Source of the DNA: Cyanobacteria bacterium P01_A01_bin.123
GTDB lineage: Bacteria; Cyanobacteriota; Cyanobacteriia; Phormidesmidales; Phormidesmidaceae
Direction: 5' to 3'
DNA length: 64,000 nt
Assembly (NCBI GenBank): GCA_039815185.1
Contig: JBCBZT010000037.1
Coordinates: 22,072-86,071, forward strand
Part shown: piece after piece, positions 48,849 through 58,060 of the stretch
How the letters are laid out: every line of letters begins with the position of its first letter
Numbering within the stretch: the stretch's first letter is position 1
Notes under the pieces: model-generated
Databases searched by the model: none
What the model was told of the DNA's origin: nothing
The model's input: only the letters and a program-made list of their open reading frames with translations
Position numbers and translations under genes: made by a program

Positions 48849-49436
48849 ATGGAAGCAATGGATTTCTTTCGTCTGAGTGGCGGACGGTGGCGATCGCAGC
48901 GAACCACACACCACTTGCCTTTTCGGCGGGCAGAACTCGGCGAACTCGAAATCCAGACAACAGCCCTAGAAGCAGACGATGAGCGGGTTGCCGCAGTGTG
49001 CAAAATGCATGATATCGACGCAACCTTAGCCATCGGCGGGATTTCTGTTAACTGGCATGGCTCGATGGACTGGGATAAAGAAGGTGAAAATCACGAAGGG
49101 GCAACGGTAATGGTACTTGTACCCGATGCAGACGACCCCAAACAGGGTCGCTTGCTGAGAGAGCAGGGCTATGCCGAAATCGTACCTGTGGTCGGGCGCT
49201 ACGAAGTGGATGAGCAAGATGGCTTAGTGCTGATCACTGAGTATGAAACCATGAGTTCAGTAGAACGATTTTGGTTTCCCAATCCCAATCTCCGCTTGAG
49301 AAGCAGCACCGTCAAACGCTTTGGTGGATTCAACACAGCCTCCTTCTGTGCCGAAACTCGACTGGTAGATGACGCCCCGCCCAGCAGCGATGAACAACCC
49401 TCAATCTCTGAGTTTTACTCTGTTATGGGCTGGTAA
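48849..49436 (+). CDS. cpcS: phycobiliprotein lyase CpcS
   Basis: FF..S.G.WRSQRTTHHLPFRRAE, GYAEIVPV, ERFWF.NP.LRLR, SFC.E. Confidence 0.92.
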   Translation: MEAMDFFRLSGGRWRSQRTTHHLPFRRAELGELEIQTTALEADDERVAAVCKMHDIDATLAIGGISVNWHGSMDWDKEGENHEGATVMVLVPDADDPKQGRLLREQGYAEIVPVVGRYEVDEQDGLVLITEYETMSSVERFWFPNPNLRLRSSTVKRFGGFNTASFCAETRLVDDAPPSSDEQPSISEFYSVMGW

Positions 49437-49587
49437 AGAGTCTGCATGGATGCAAGACTGAGCAGTTCAATTAGCGTCGCCTTGAGTTTGATCTATCAAC
49501 TCAGCAGATGGTATCCATATGACCCATGAATTGATTCAGTCTGGCGGCTCCCTTTAGGCTAGGAGTATTGCCTACTGGATTCCTGCC

Positions 49588-50439
49588 ATGAAACAGCTTG
49601 CTGCTCTTATATCTTTACCCCCAACTGGTTTGGTTCTGCTGTCGATTGGTTCAACCCAACTGGGCTCTGCATTTGCCAAAAGTTTATTCCCTTACCTCAG
49701 TCCAGCAGGCATGGTGACCATGCGGGTGGGATTCGCAGCGCTAGTGCTGATGGCGTTGTGGCGTCCCCGGTGGCGAAGCGATCTCCGCACCCATCTGCCA
49801 ATGCTCATTGGGTTTGGCCTATCCCTATCGTTGATGAACTTTGCCTTTTACTGCGCCATTGAGCGCATTCCCATTGGAGTTGGGGTGGCGCTAGAGTTTA
49901 TTGGGCCGCTGGGGCTGGCGATGGTGAATTCCCGACGGTGGTTAGATGGACTTTGGGCTTTACTCGCGGCAATTGGCGTATTGCTGTTGACCCCTTTAGG
50001 TGGCTTTACCTTAGATGGGTTGGGGGTGATGTTGGCTCTGACGGCAGGAGGCTTTTGGGCGCTATATATTTTGATGTCGGCCCGCACAGGGCAGGCATTG
50101 GCCGGCGGAGAAGGGTTAGCTTGGGCTATGGTCATCGGCACCTGCGTCTTGCTGCCCATTGGCATTGCCACTGATGGGTTGACCCTGCTTGACCCCCGCC
50201 TGATGTTGGCGGGGTTTGTGGTGGCTATTTTGTCATCGGTGCTGACCTACTCTCTAGAGCTATCCGCGCTGCGAGTCATGCCTGTGCAGGTGTTTGGTGT
50301 TTTACTCAGCTTGGAGCCCGGCGTAGCGGCGATGATTGGCTGGGTAGGTCTGGGAGAAGTGTTGGCAGTACGAGCGATGATTGCGATCGCGCTGGTTTGC
50401 ATCGCCGCTGGAGGTGCCGCCCGTTTTCGTCCAGCCTAG
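49588..50439 (+). CDS. EamA/RhtA-like exporter
   Basis: QLGSA.AKSLF, RIPIGV.VALEFIGPL, FGVLLSLEP. Confidence 0.9.
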   Translation: MKQLAALISLPPTGLVLLSIGSTQLGSAFAKSLFPYLSPAGMVTMRVGFAALVLMALWRPRWRSDLRTHLPMLIGFGLSLSLMNFAFYCAIERIPIGVGVALEFIGPLGLAMVNSRRWLDGLWALLAAIGVLLLTPLGGFTLDGLGVMLALTAGGFWALYILMSARTGQALAGGEGLAWAMVIGTCVLLPIGIATDGLTLLDPRLMLAGFVVAILSSVLTYSLELSALRVMPVQVFGVLLSLEPGVAAMIGWVGLGEVLAVRAMIAIALVCIAAGGAARFRPA

Positions 50440-50503
50440 TTTTTTACCGCTGTATGATTGTTTTACCGACTGCACCTGCCTGACAGTTCAATTCGAGACT
50501 GCC

Positions 50504-51208
50504 TTAAACCGATCGGGTAATGCCACCATCAACCCTAATGTTTTGGCCGGTGATGTAGCCAGCCCCATCGGATGCTAAAAAGGCAATGACATCGGCGATT
50601 TCTTCAGTTTTGCCATAGCGATTCATTGGAATGCGATCGAGGAATTCTGGCTTCTCTGGCAGGCTATCGATAAAACCCGGCAATACATTGTTCATCCGAA
50701 TATTCTCTGCTGCGTATCTATCGGCAAACAGCTTTGTATAGGCCGCCAACCCGGCCCGAAACACACCCGATGTGGGAAAAACAGGATCGGGCTCAAATGC
50801 TGCGAAGGTAGAAATATTGATGATCACCCCAGACTGCTGTTGCTGCATGATCGGCGTTACTAATCGCGTTGGACGAACAACGTTGAGAAAATAAACTTCC
50901 ATCCCCCGGTGCCAATCTTCGTCCGAGAGTTCCAGCAGTGGTGCCCTCGGCCCGTGCCCTGCACTGTTGACCAACACATCCACACGCCCCCATTTCTCCA
51001 CAGTTAAGTCGATCAGACGCTTGAGATCATCATTGACTTGGTTAGATCCGGTAACGCCGATGCCGTGAAGCGCCTTGGCAAGCGCCTCCCCTTTGCCCGA
51101 AGAAGACAAGATAGCCACATGAAATCCCTCAGCGGCCAGCTTCTGGGCCGCACCAGCACCCATACCGCTGCCACCAGCTGTCACCACTGCTACTTTTTCA
51201 GTTGCCAT
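50504..51208 (-). CDS. SDR family oxidoreductase
   Basis: VTAGGSGMG, VNSAG, YITGQNIRVDGG. Confidence 0.92.
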   Translation of the reverse strand: MATEKVAVVTAGGSGMGAGAAQKLAAEGFHVAILSSSGKGEALAKALHGIGVTGSNQVNDDLKRLIDLTVEKWGRVDVLVNSAGHGPRAPLLELSDEDWHRGMEVYFLNVVRPTRLVTPIMQQQQSGVIINISTFAAFEPDPVFPTSGVFRAGLAAYTKLFADRYAAENIRMNNVLPGFIDSLPEKPEFLDRIPMNRYGKTEEIADVIAFLASDGAGYITGQNIRVDGGITRSV

Positions 51209-51305
51209 AAGTCTCCCCACGCGAACAAGCGTCTACTGTACAAAAATCGCTTCTGTTTGTCCAAAGCACAAAATATAGCGCTGGCCAGATTGATTAGTGT
51301 CCTGC

Positions 51306-52580
51306 TTATTCCACGGCATTCTCAAGGCCATCGAGGTTAAGCAAAATTTGTTCTTCTAAAGCACGCTCACCAATGTCACGAGCAATGCTCAATGCCTGCT
51401 GATAAAGGGTATTCGCCTGTTCATACTGTCCCCTATCGTGGGCAGCTCGCCCTTGATTGTTTAACACAATTGCCTCTGTGCGCCGATCGTTGATCTGACG
51501 TGCCAACCCTAACGATTGCTGATAAAACTCATCGGCTTGAGCCGGTTGACCGAGGCCCGCATAGGCAAGGCCCAGATTGCCTAGGGTGTAACTTTCTCGC
51601 CTGCGATCGCCATTCGTTTGATAGTGCTCGAGCTGAGCCTGACAAGACTCAAGGGCTGCTTGAAACTGTCCTGCCGTGACTTGCTGAGCACATGAACTCT
51701 CGTCATACCCTGCCCCTGGCAGCTCAAATAGGTTGATAATCACAATCACTTGACGGGGATCCTGTCCCACGTCTAATTCAAGCCCCACGTCTTCAAAAAC
51801 CCCCAATGCAAACACTGCCTCCAACGCTGCTACCATTTCTTCCTGGTGAAAAATATCGCCTGGCTCTATCGCCAACGCGGCTAAGATATCCGCTTCTGTA
51901 ACGTAGCCGGAAATCGGCGTTCCTGCCCCATCAATGGCCTCAAAATCACGATTTTGAAACCGTATTTGAATATCCTCAATGACGCCCTCTGCAACCTCAA
52001 ACGCCACCACCCCATCCGTAATTTGGGGTTCATCTACAAACCGAGCTATGACGTAGCTGTTGTCCGCATACCACTGGCTGAGTTGCTCAATCCCGACTCG
52101 CAGCCGACGGAGGTTCAAGACGCTGCCATACTGATCCCCAAACGCCTCATCGATAACTGTTTGGGGCAATACTTGTATCCCGGCTATCTGCACCGACGTA
52201 AAGACTGGATTGAGCAAAACTTCAAAGGTAACCCGCACCCCGGCAGAAACATCCTCTGGAATCGCTTGCACATTAGAAAAATAGCCCGTCGCAAAAATAG
52301 CCTCAACATCGGCTTGCACTTGAGACCGCGTCACTGCGCTCCCTGGCTGGGTTTGCACAGTTTGATAGATCAGGTCTTCAAACTCGCCGTCAGCCCCTTC
52401 AATCACAACTTCTGCAATCAACACTGGCACTTCATCGGTTTCATCGCCCGAATCAGTTGATGTTTCCGGAGCAGACGGCTGTGCCAATACTGGCGGATAA
52501 TGCTGCCAACGCAGCAACGGCAGGCAGACAAACAACAAAATTGCTAAAGCGAGTTTTAGCAAGCTGCTATAGGCATGCAT
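51306..52580 (-). CDS. exported POTRA-domain + TPR repeat protein (no beta-barrel)
   Basis: VLIAEVVIEG, D...IFATGYFS.V, L..WY..N.Y, V.EGVIEDI, LGVFEDV POTRA motifs, then LGNLGLAY..LG and LNNQG TPRs. Confidence 0.8.
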   Translation of the reverse strand: MHAYSSLLKLALAILLFVCLPLLRWQHYPPVLAQPSAPETSTDSGDETDEVPVLIAEVVIEGADGEFEDLIYQTVQTQPGSAVTRSQVQADVEAIFATGYFSNVQAIPEDVSAGVRVTFEVLLNPVFTSVQIAGIQVLPQTVIDEAFGDQYGSVLNLRRLRVGIEQLSQWYADNSYVIARFVDEPQITDGVVAFEVAEGVIEDIQIRFQNRDFEAIDGAGTPISGYVTEADILAALAIEPGDIFHQEEMVAALEAVFALGVFEDVGLELDVGQDPRQVIVIINLFELPGAGYDESSCAQQVTAGQFQAALESCQAQLEHYQTNGDRRRESYTLGNLGLAYAGLGQPAQADEFYQQSLGLARQINDRRTEAIVLNNQGRAAHDRGQYEQANTLYQQALSIARDIGERALEEQILLNLDGLENAVE

Positions 52581-52605
52581 GATGAAGTCCTCACAGTTTT
52601 GTCAG

Positions 52606-53724
52606 CTATGGAGGCGTTTTCCTGGGATTCGATAGCGGTTGCGTTATTGTCATAAAACAATGGCCTTCAGGGGCGATCGCGGTCATATCCGCCCTCAAAG
52701 CCTTTGGGCTAATCCCTGCTTTGTGAGCGACCAAAACTCCCAACGCCTCTAAGTAAGACTCAACTGCGATTGCCTCAATTCCCAATGACCGGGCATCAAC
52801 ATTCAGGGTTGTCGTATTCTCAGACACCGCAATAACACGAGCACGGGTACGACTAAGGCTCATCACACCGCTGCCGCCAAACGCAGTCGCAGGCACAATT
52901 ACCGCATCTACTTGATCAGCCCAAATATCCTGAGCTTGAGCCGGGGCACGGGTCACGAATTGAGGGGCTCGGTTCAACCCCGCCAGCACACAGGGCAGAA
53001 ACGTATAGCCGAGTTCCTCTGCGGCTGACTTCGGCGAAATCGTTGGGTCTAAGGGCAGCGGCAGTAAAGCGGGAGCATGGGCACAGGGCACTTGAAACTG
53101 ACGCACCACTAAATGACTAATCACCGCTTCGGCCCCTGCCAGCGGATCAACCCCTTGCCCTTGGCGATAGTTGTTTAAAACCTGATCATCTTCGTCATCG
53201 GGAAAGCGGGCCACAACTGCGATCGCGTCGGCTTTCCCCACATCCAATAGTCGTTCTGCCGCGCGCAGTAAACTGCCGGGATTACCAATCGTGCCCCAAG
53301 TCGCCCCCGAAGTTGCTGTCCGTAACGTCACATCCAGCGGTGTATCGGTGACCACATAATCGGCCAAGTCCAACCCCAGCGTTGCCCGAGCCGCATCAGC
53401 CGCTTGTAAATGTCGCCACTTCAAATCGGTTTCAATGGCAACATCTAATACCAAACCCACCCGATTCTGATGCACCGGGCGCAACCCCCACTGCCCTGCC
53501 GCAAACTGATCGAGCCCATAGCCTTCTACATACAGGGCATTGGGCATGGGCCAATAGAGCTGTGCGCCATTTAGCACATTGGGGTGAGTAATCAGCGTAT
53601 CAGCGACCTGAGCCACAGCACGCGCCACAGGTAACGCATCCCCGGCATACCCCCCAATTGCTGCCCCGATCCCGGTCGGTACGATTAAAACAGCGGTATA
53701 CGGCTTAGGTGTCACGGTCAGCAT
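52606..53724 (-). CDS. DUF3326 domain protein
   Basis: IVPTGIGAAIGGYAGDA, ITHPNVLNGA, GVDPLAGAEAVISH, AAEELGYTFLPC. Confidence 0.92.
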   Translation of the reverse strand: MLTVTPKPYTAVLIVPTGIGAAIGGYAGDALPVARAVAQVADTLITHPNVLNGAQLYWPMPNALYVEGYGLDQFAAGQWGLRPVHQNRVGLVLDVAIETDLKWRHLQAADAARATLGLDLADYVVTDTPLDVTLRTATSGATWGTIGNPGSLLRAAERLLDVGKADAIAVVARFPDDEDDQVLNNYRQGQGVDPLAGAEAVISHLVVRQFQVPCAHAPALLPLPLDPTISPKSAAEELGYTFLPCVLAGLNRAPQFVTRAPAQAQDIWADQVDAVIVPATAFGGSGVMSLSRTRARVIAVSENTTTLNVDARSLGIEAIAVESYLEALGVLVAHKAGISPKALRADMTAIAPEGHCFMTITQPLSNPRKTPP

Positions 53725-53896
53725 CGTCGCGGGTCACCACCGCTTCCACTGTAGCGGTTTGCTTCTCCTGATCGATCTCAGTTACCGCCCACCGCAGCGG
53801 CTCACCGCGTTTTTCAAGTTCTTGGGCGATCGCAGCTTGGAGTTCCTCTGTAGACTCACTCAGGTTGATTTCAGCAGTAATGAAGTGGGTAGTCAT
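53705..53896 (-). CDS. small conserved cyanobacterial protein
   Basis: 63 aa, GEPLRWAVT, VEAVV. Confidence 0.75.
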   Translation of the reverse strand: MTTHFITAEINLSESTEELQAAIAQELEKRGEPLRWAVTEIDQEKQTATVEAVVTRDDADRDT

Positions 53897-53916
53897 GGTG
53901 GGTATCTATTTAGGAT

Positions 53917-54076
53917 TGGGTTGGTGGGGCGATGGGGAGAGGGGGCAAAGGGGCGATCGGGGTGATGGAGAGATCGGGAAGTGGGTTTAGCAGTGATTAG
54001 GGGAGCGTCAGCGAATTCCTCCCCACCTCCCCCATCTTCCCCGCTCCCTTACTCCCTCACTACCCCACTCCCCGCT
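53917..54076. repeat. G-rich followed by C-rich short degenerate tandem repeats (STRR-like)
   Basis: GGGGCGATGGGGAGAGGGGG... then CCCCACCTCCCCCATCTTCCCC... Confidence 0.55.
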
Positions 54077-54389
54077 ACCCCATACCAAACTGCCGCTCGT
54101 AGACTTCGTCTTCTTTTTCGGTTTCGAGTTTGAGGTCAGATCGGGGGAAGGACACGCATAATAGAGCGTAGCCTTCTGACTGGAGTTCGGGGCTGACGCC
54201 CATGCCTTCGGCTTGATCAACACTGCCTGCTGAAAGTTTGGCAGCACAGGTGGTGCAAACACCAGCACTACAAGAAAAAGGGAGTTCTAACCCGGCTTCT
54301 TGGGCAGCAACTAAGACAGTTTTGTCTTCGGGAACTTCTATGGTGTGGGTATTGCCTTGGTGGCGAATTTCAACGGTATAAGTAGCCAT
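54075..54389 (-). CDS. [2Fe-2S] ferredoxin, C-terminally extended FdC1/Fed3-like
   Basis: LPFSCSAGVCTTC...LLCV, EDEVYERQFG tail. Confidence 0.9.
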   Translation of the reverse strand: MATYTVEIRHQGNTHTIEVPEDKTVLVAAQEAGLELPFSCSAGVCTTCAAKLSAGSVDQAEGMGVSPELQSEGYALLCVSFPRSDLKLETEKEDEVYERQFGMG

Positions 54390-54409
54390 CGTTTCTTAAA
54401 CTTTTAGGT

Positions 54410-54592
54410 TTAACTGTCGCCGTTTTCAGAGAAGGTGCGGTCAAATTCTTCGAGTAAATCGTCCATTTCTTCGAGAGCCTGATTGACATCGATTCGTAAG
54501 GTTCCCAAATCGGGTTGTTCTAGTAGGCGTACCAGGGAGTCGCGCTTGCCCTTAATTTGCTCGATGCGATCGCGAATGACTTGTAATTCCAT
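54410..54592 (-). CDS. small conserved cyanobacterial protein
   Basis: LLEQPDLGTLRIDVNQALEE.DDL. Confidence 0.75.
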   Translation of the reverse strand: MELQVIRDRIEQIKGKRDSLVRLLEQPDLGTLRIDVNQALEEMDDLLEEFDRTFSENGDS

Positions 54593-54833
54593 AAAAGGGT
54601 TTTGATTCAATACTCCTTCACCAGGATAAGCAACTTTGGTTCAGCTCACCTAACCTTCTGGGCACTTGAGTCGCAAATCCAGCTAGGCCACATCTGCTCT
54701 GAAAACTTGAGTAGGGGTAGCTGTGTGTCTTTTACCGGGGAAAACGACAAATCTGGATGTGGCAAGGGTTTAGTTTAAGCTAGTGATAGGCTGGGACACA
54801 GTAATCGTTATGTTTTTGGGTGAGTAATTGGCT

Positions 54834-55403
54834 ATGTTTCGTCGCATTCCCCTTGGGGCTGTCTTGTTAACCGTAGGTAGCATTTTGACTGTGGTCGGGT
54901 TTGTGGCCTATTTTCAGGACAACGCAACCCTCAATCTGGTTGGTTTTTTCTACGGTGTGCCCGTTCTGCTGGGGGGACTGGCGCTTAAAGCCGCAGAATT
55001 GGAACCTGTTCCGTTTGTGCAACCCAACAACGATGTAGTCACCCTAAGAACCCAACAGGCGACCCAAACCCAAAATCAGATTCGCAGTGATGTCACCCGC
55101 TATCGTTACGGCCAAGAAGCCCACCTGGATGAATCGCTAGAGCGCCTGGGCCTCAGCCCCAATGACATCGAACGCCCTGTGCTCAGCGGTTTGCGGGAAG
55201 CAAAAGTGAATGGAGCATACGCTTTGATTTTGACCTTTGACTCACCCCGCATTGACCTGGACACCTGGCAAACCAAGCGGGAAAAAATTGAGCGCTTCTT
55301 TGGCCCCAGCATCATCGCTGAAATCAGCCAACCTGAAGCAGAAAAGATCGAGCTAGCACTGATCACGTCATTAGAACCCACCCCTGTAGAAACAGCGGCT
55401 TGA
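54834..55403 (+). CDS. DUF2854 domain protein
   Basis: GLALKAAELEP, DVTRYRYGQEAHLD, FFGP. Confidence 0.9.
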   Translation: MFRRIPLGAVLLTVGSILTVVGFVAYFQDNATLNLVGFFYGVPVLLGGLALKAAELEPVPFVQPNNDVVTLRTQQATQTQNQIRSDVTRYRYGQEAHLDESLERLGLSPNDIERPVLSGLREAKVNGAYALILTFDSPRIDLDTWQTKREKIERFFGPSIIAEISQPEAEKIELALITSLEPTPVETAA

Positions 55404-55462
55404 ATCGCCACATGCTACTTGTAATCCTGAGGTGCTTGGGAGGCTCCCATCATCGCCGCTGA

Positions 55463-56848
55463 CTAAACGACCCGATTGGCTGCAATGCACTGGCGGTACC
55501 ACTCGTAGCTGGCTTTAGGAATGCGTTGTTGACTGGCATAGTCGATGTAGGTAATGCCAAAGCGGCGGTCATAGCCCCAAGCCCATTCAAAGTTATCGAG
55601 CAGGCTCCAAAGGAAATAGCCGTTTAGGGGATAACCTTCGGCGACAGCCCGGTGGGCAGCGCGCAGGTATTGGCGCAGGTACATAATGCGATCGCTGTCC
55701 ATTACCCGCCCAGATTTGTCTAAAACGTCCTGAGCCGCACAGCCATTCTCACTGATAAAAATTGGCAAATCAGGACAATCTAAGGTTTCGCCCACATGGC
55801 GAATGCCCCAGTAAAGGCTATCGGGCACGATATGTAGCCAGGGCATATGTAGCTTTGGGTAACCGGGGGGAAAATCTAAAACCTCATACCCCGCATCATT
55901 TTTAGCTGCTTTTACATACACCCCAGAATAGATATTGAAGCCCAGGGCATCGAGGGGTTGGTGAATGGTGGCGAGATCACCTGCTGCAATCTCGGGTTGC
56001 TGATCCCCCAAGCTCTCTAGCAGTTCTGGACTGTATTCCCCGGTCAAAGCCGGATAAATAATGCCGCCATTCGTGCCACACAGGGGAAATGCCTGCTGGG
56101 CTGCTGCAATATGCGCTGGCGTTTCGATCAGCGGTATGGTCGCTAAAAAGTTATCCACCAGCGCGACAGAGCAGGGTTGCGGTGAGGCTGCCCGAATCGC
56201 TTGACAGCCTAAGCCATGGGCCAACAGAGCATGGTGAGAGGCTTGCCAAATTTGTTTGAGCGTCTCGACCACCGTGCCAGGCGCATGGGGCGGCACCTCT
56301 CCCACGCCATATCCCATATGGATAAAGCAAAAGATTTCATTCAGCGTAATCCAGTTCGTGACGCGATCGCCCAAGCGACTCACCACAGCGGTGACATAGT
56401 CAGCAAAATCCTGGGCCATCTCGCGACTGCGCCAAGATCCGTAGCGTTCTTCCAAAGCCTGGGGGCTATCCCAATGAAATAAAGTGACATGAGGAATAAT
56501 CTTATGGCGTTCAAGGGCATCGAGCAGGCGCTTGTAAAAATCGATGCCCGCTTCATTGACAACCCCTCGACCATCCGGCACAATCCTGGGCCAGGCGATG
56601 CTAAAGCGGTAGTGCTTCACCCCCAACTGCGCCATCAATTGCACATCAGCTTCAAACCGATGGTAATGATCGCAGGCGATCGCCCCCGTATCCCCATTCA
56701 GCACCCGCCCTGGTGTTTCACTAAAAAGATCCCACACGCTTGGTTTACGACCTTCAGCTGCGATCGCACCTTCGATTTGATACGCTGCAGTGGCAACACC
56801 CCAATGGAAATCGGTTGGGAACGTGTAGGTAGACTCTATTGCTGCCAT
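55463..56848 (-). CDS. GH1 beta-glucosidase
   Basis: FHWGVATAAYQIEG, YRFSIAWPRI, TLNE acid/base, ISENG nucleophile, DNFEWA. Confidence 0.95.
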   Translation of the reverse strand: MAAIESTYTFPTDFHWGVATAAYQIEGAIAAEGRKPSVWDLFSETPGRVLNGDTGAIACDHYHRFEADVQLMAQLGVKHYRFSIAWPRIVPDGRGVVNEAGIDFYKRLLDALERHKIIPHVTLFHWDSPQALEERYGSWRSREMAQDFADYVTAVVSRLGDRVTNWITLNEIFCFIHMGYGVGEVPPHAPGTVVETLKQIWQASHHALLAHGLGCQAIRAASPQPCSVALVDNFLATIPLIETPAHIAAAQQAFPLCGTNGGIIYPALTGEYSPELLESLGDQQPEIAAGDLATIHQPLDALGFNIYSGVYVKAAKNDAGYEVLDFPPGYPKLHMPWLHIVPDSLYWGIRHVGETLDCPDLPIFISENGCAAQDVLDKSGRVMDSDRIMYLRQYLRAAHRAVAEGYPLNGYFLWSLLDNFEWAWGYDRRFGITYIDYASQQRIPKASYEWYRQCIAANRVV

Positions 56849-57939
56849 TCGCTTGAAGGTATTATTTCTTCTTGGTTATTCACCACAATGCCATCACGAG
56901 TCACTTGTTCCACCAAGCTGACTTCAAAGATGAGGGCAAACTGGCGACCCATGCGCTTTTGTAAAAATTTTTCGAGTAAGCGGACTTGCTTCGGCGACAC
57001 AGGTTCAGCCGCATAGACGCTGAGACGCACTTCGGGTGGATCAGCCAGCCAATTCGTTTGGGTCTCAACCAGCCGTAAGCCCTTAAAGGTTTCAGTTTCG
57101 GTCAGCAGTTGCCGCCGTACGGAGGCTTCGAGTTGATTTTGTCGCACCAAATCAAACAGACTCAACCCCAAGGGCACTAGCAGAATCCCTGTGAGGGCAA
57201 AGGTGATGCCCAAAGGGCGTTGAGCATCGCGAATAGCCGCATACCCAGTCAACACAAAGGTGAGCATACAGGCAAGCGTAATGCCCACCAAATTAGTGAT
57301 GTAGAGCAAACTCGCCCCCTGACTCAACCCCCAGCCCCCCTGACTCAGCCCTTGGGAAAAGCCAATGCCCACCACACATACTGGCGGCATCAGTGCTACA
57401 GCAATCGCGGTGCCTGCCAAAGTGCTCGACAGTTTGGTTTCTACTTTGGCATAACCACTAATGCCGCCTGCGGCGATCGCAATGCCCAAATCTAATAGCG
57501 TCGGTTGAGACCGCCCTAGTACCTCGCTGCCGTATTCTTCCAGTCCTAGAACCATCCCCAGGAGCCAAGACAACACGATCGCGATCGCAGTACCCACCAG
57601 CAGTGCCTTAAACGCCTCGCGAATCAGCTCAATATCCCCTTCTAAAATGCCAAAGGCCAACCCGCGAATCGGCTGCATCAGCGGGGCAACCAACATGGCC
57701 CCGATAATGACTGCTGCACTATTCGACAGCAAACCCAGGGTGGCAATGATACAAGCCCCAATGGTGAGCACCACATAGTTAATTTCCAGGGTGGAATCAT
57801 CCATGAGGCTATCACGCATATGTTTCAGACCTTGAGGAGACACCCGCCGCCCCAAACCGAAATACTTACGACTCAGACTTTGCAGACCATCTTTCATCTG
57901 CTCAGCCCGGTCTTGGACACCTTTTTTCTCGGGCCTCAT
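56836..57939 (-). CDS. DUF389 membrane protein
   Basis: IATLGLL.NS.AVIIGAMLVAPLM, GTAIAVALMPP. Confidence 0.9.
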   Translation of the reverse strand: MRPEKKGVQDRAEQMKDGLQSLSRKYFGLGRRVSPQGLKHMRDSLMDDSTLEINYVVLTIGACIIATLGLLSNSAAVIIGAMLVAPLMQPIRGLAFGILEGDIELIREAFKALLVGTAIAIVLSWLLGMVLGLEEYGSEVLGRSQPTLLDLGIAIAAGGISGYAKVETKLSSTLAGTAIAVALMPPVCVVGIGFSQGLSQGGWGLSQGASLLYITNLVGITLACMLTFVLTGYAAIRDAQRPLGITFALTGILLVPLGLSLFDLVRQNQLEASVRRQLLTETETFKGLRLVETQTNWLADPPEVRLSVYAAEPVSPKQVRLLEKFLQKRMGRQFALIFEVSLVEQVTRDGIVVNNQEEIIPSSEWQQ

Positions 57940-58060
57940 GGCTCAAACCGTTTAAAATCGAAGGGCATACAAGGCAGTTTACTCGAGGGCGTTTTCAGCT
58001 GCCAGTCACTTAAACAGTCAGTCGCCTCAATCGTCCCCGCAGCCCCCTATTTTTAACTCT

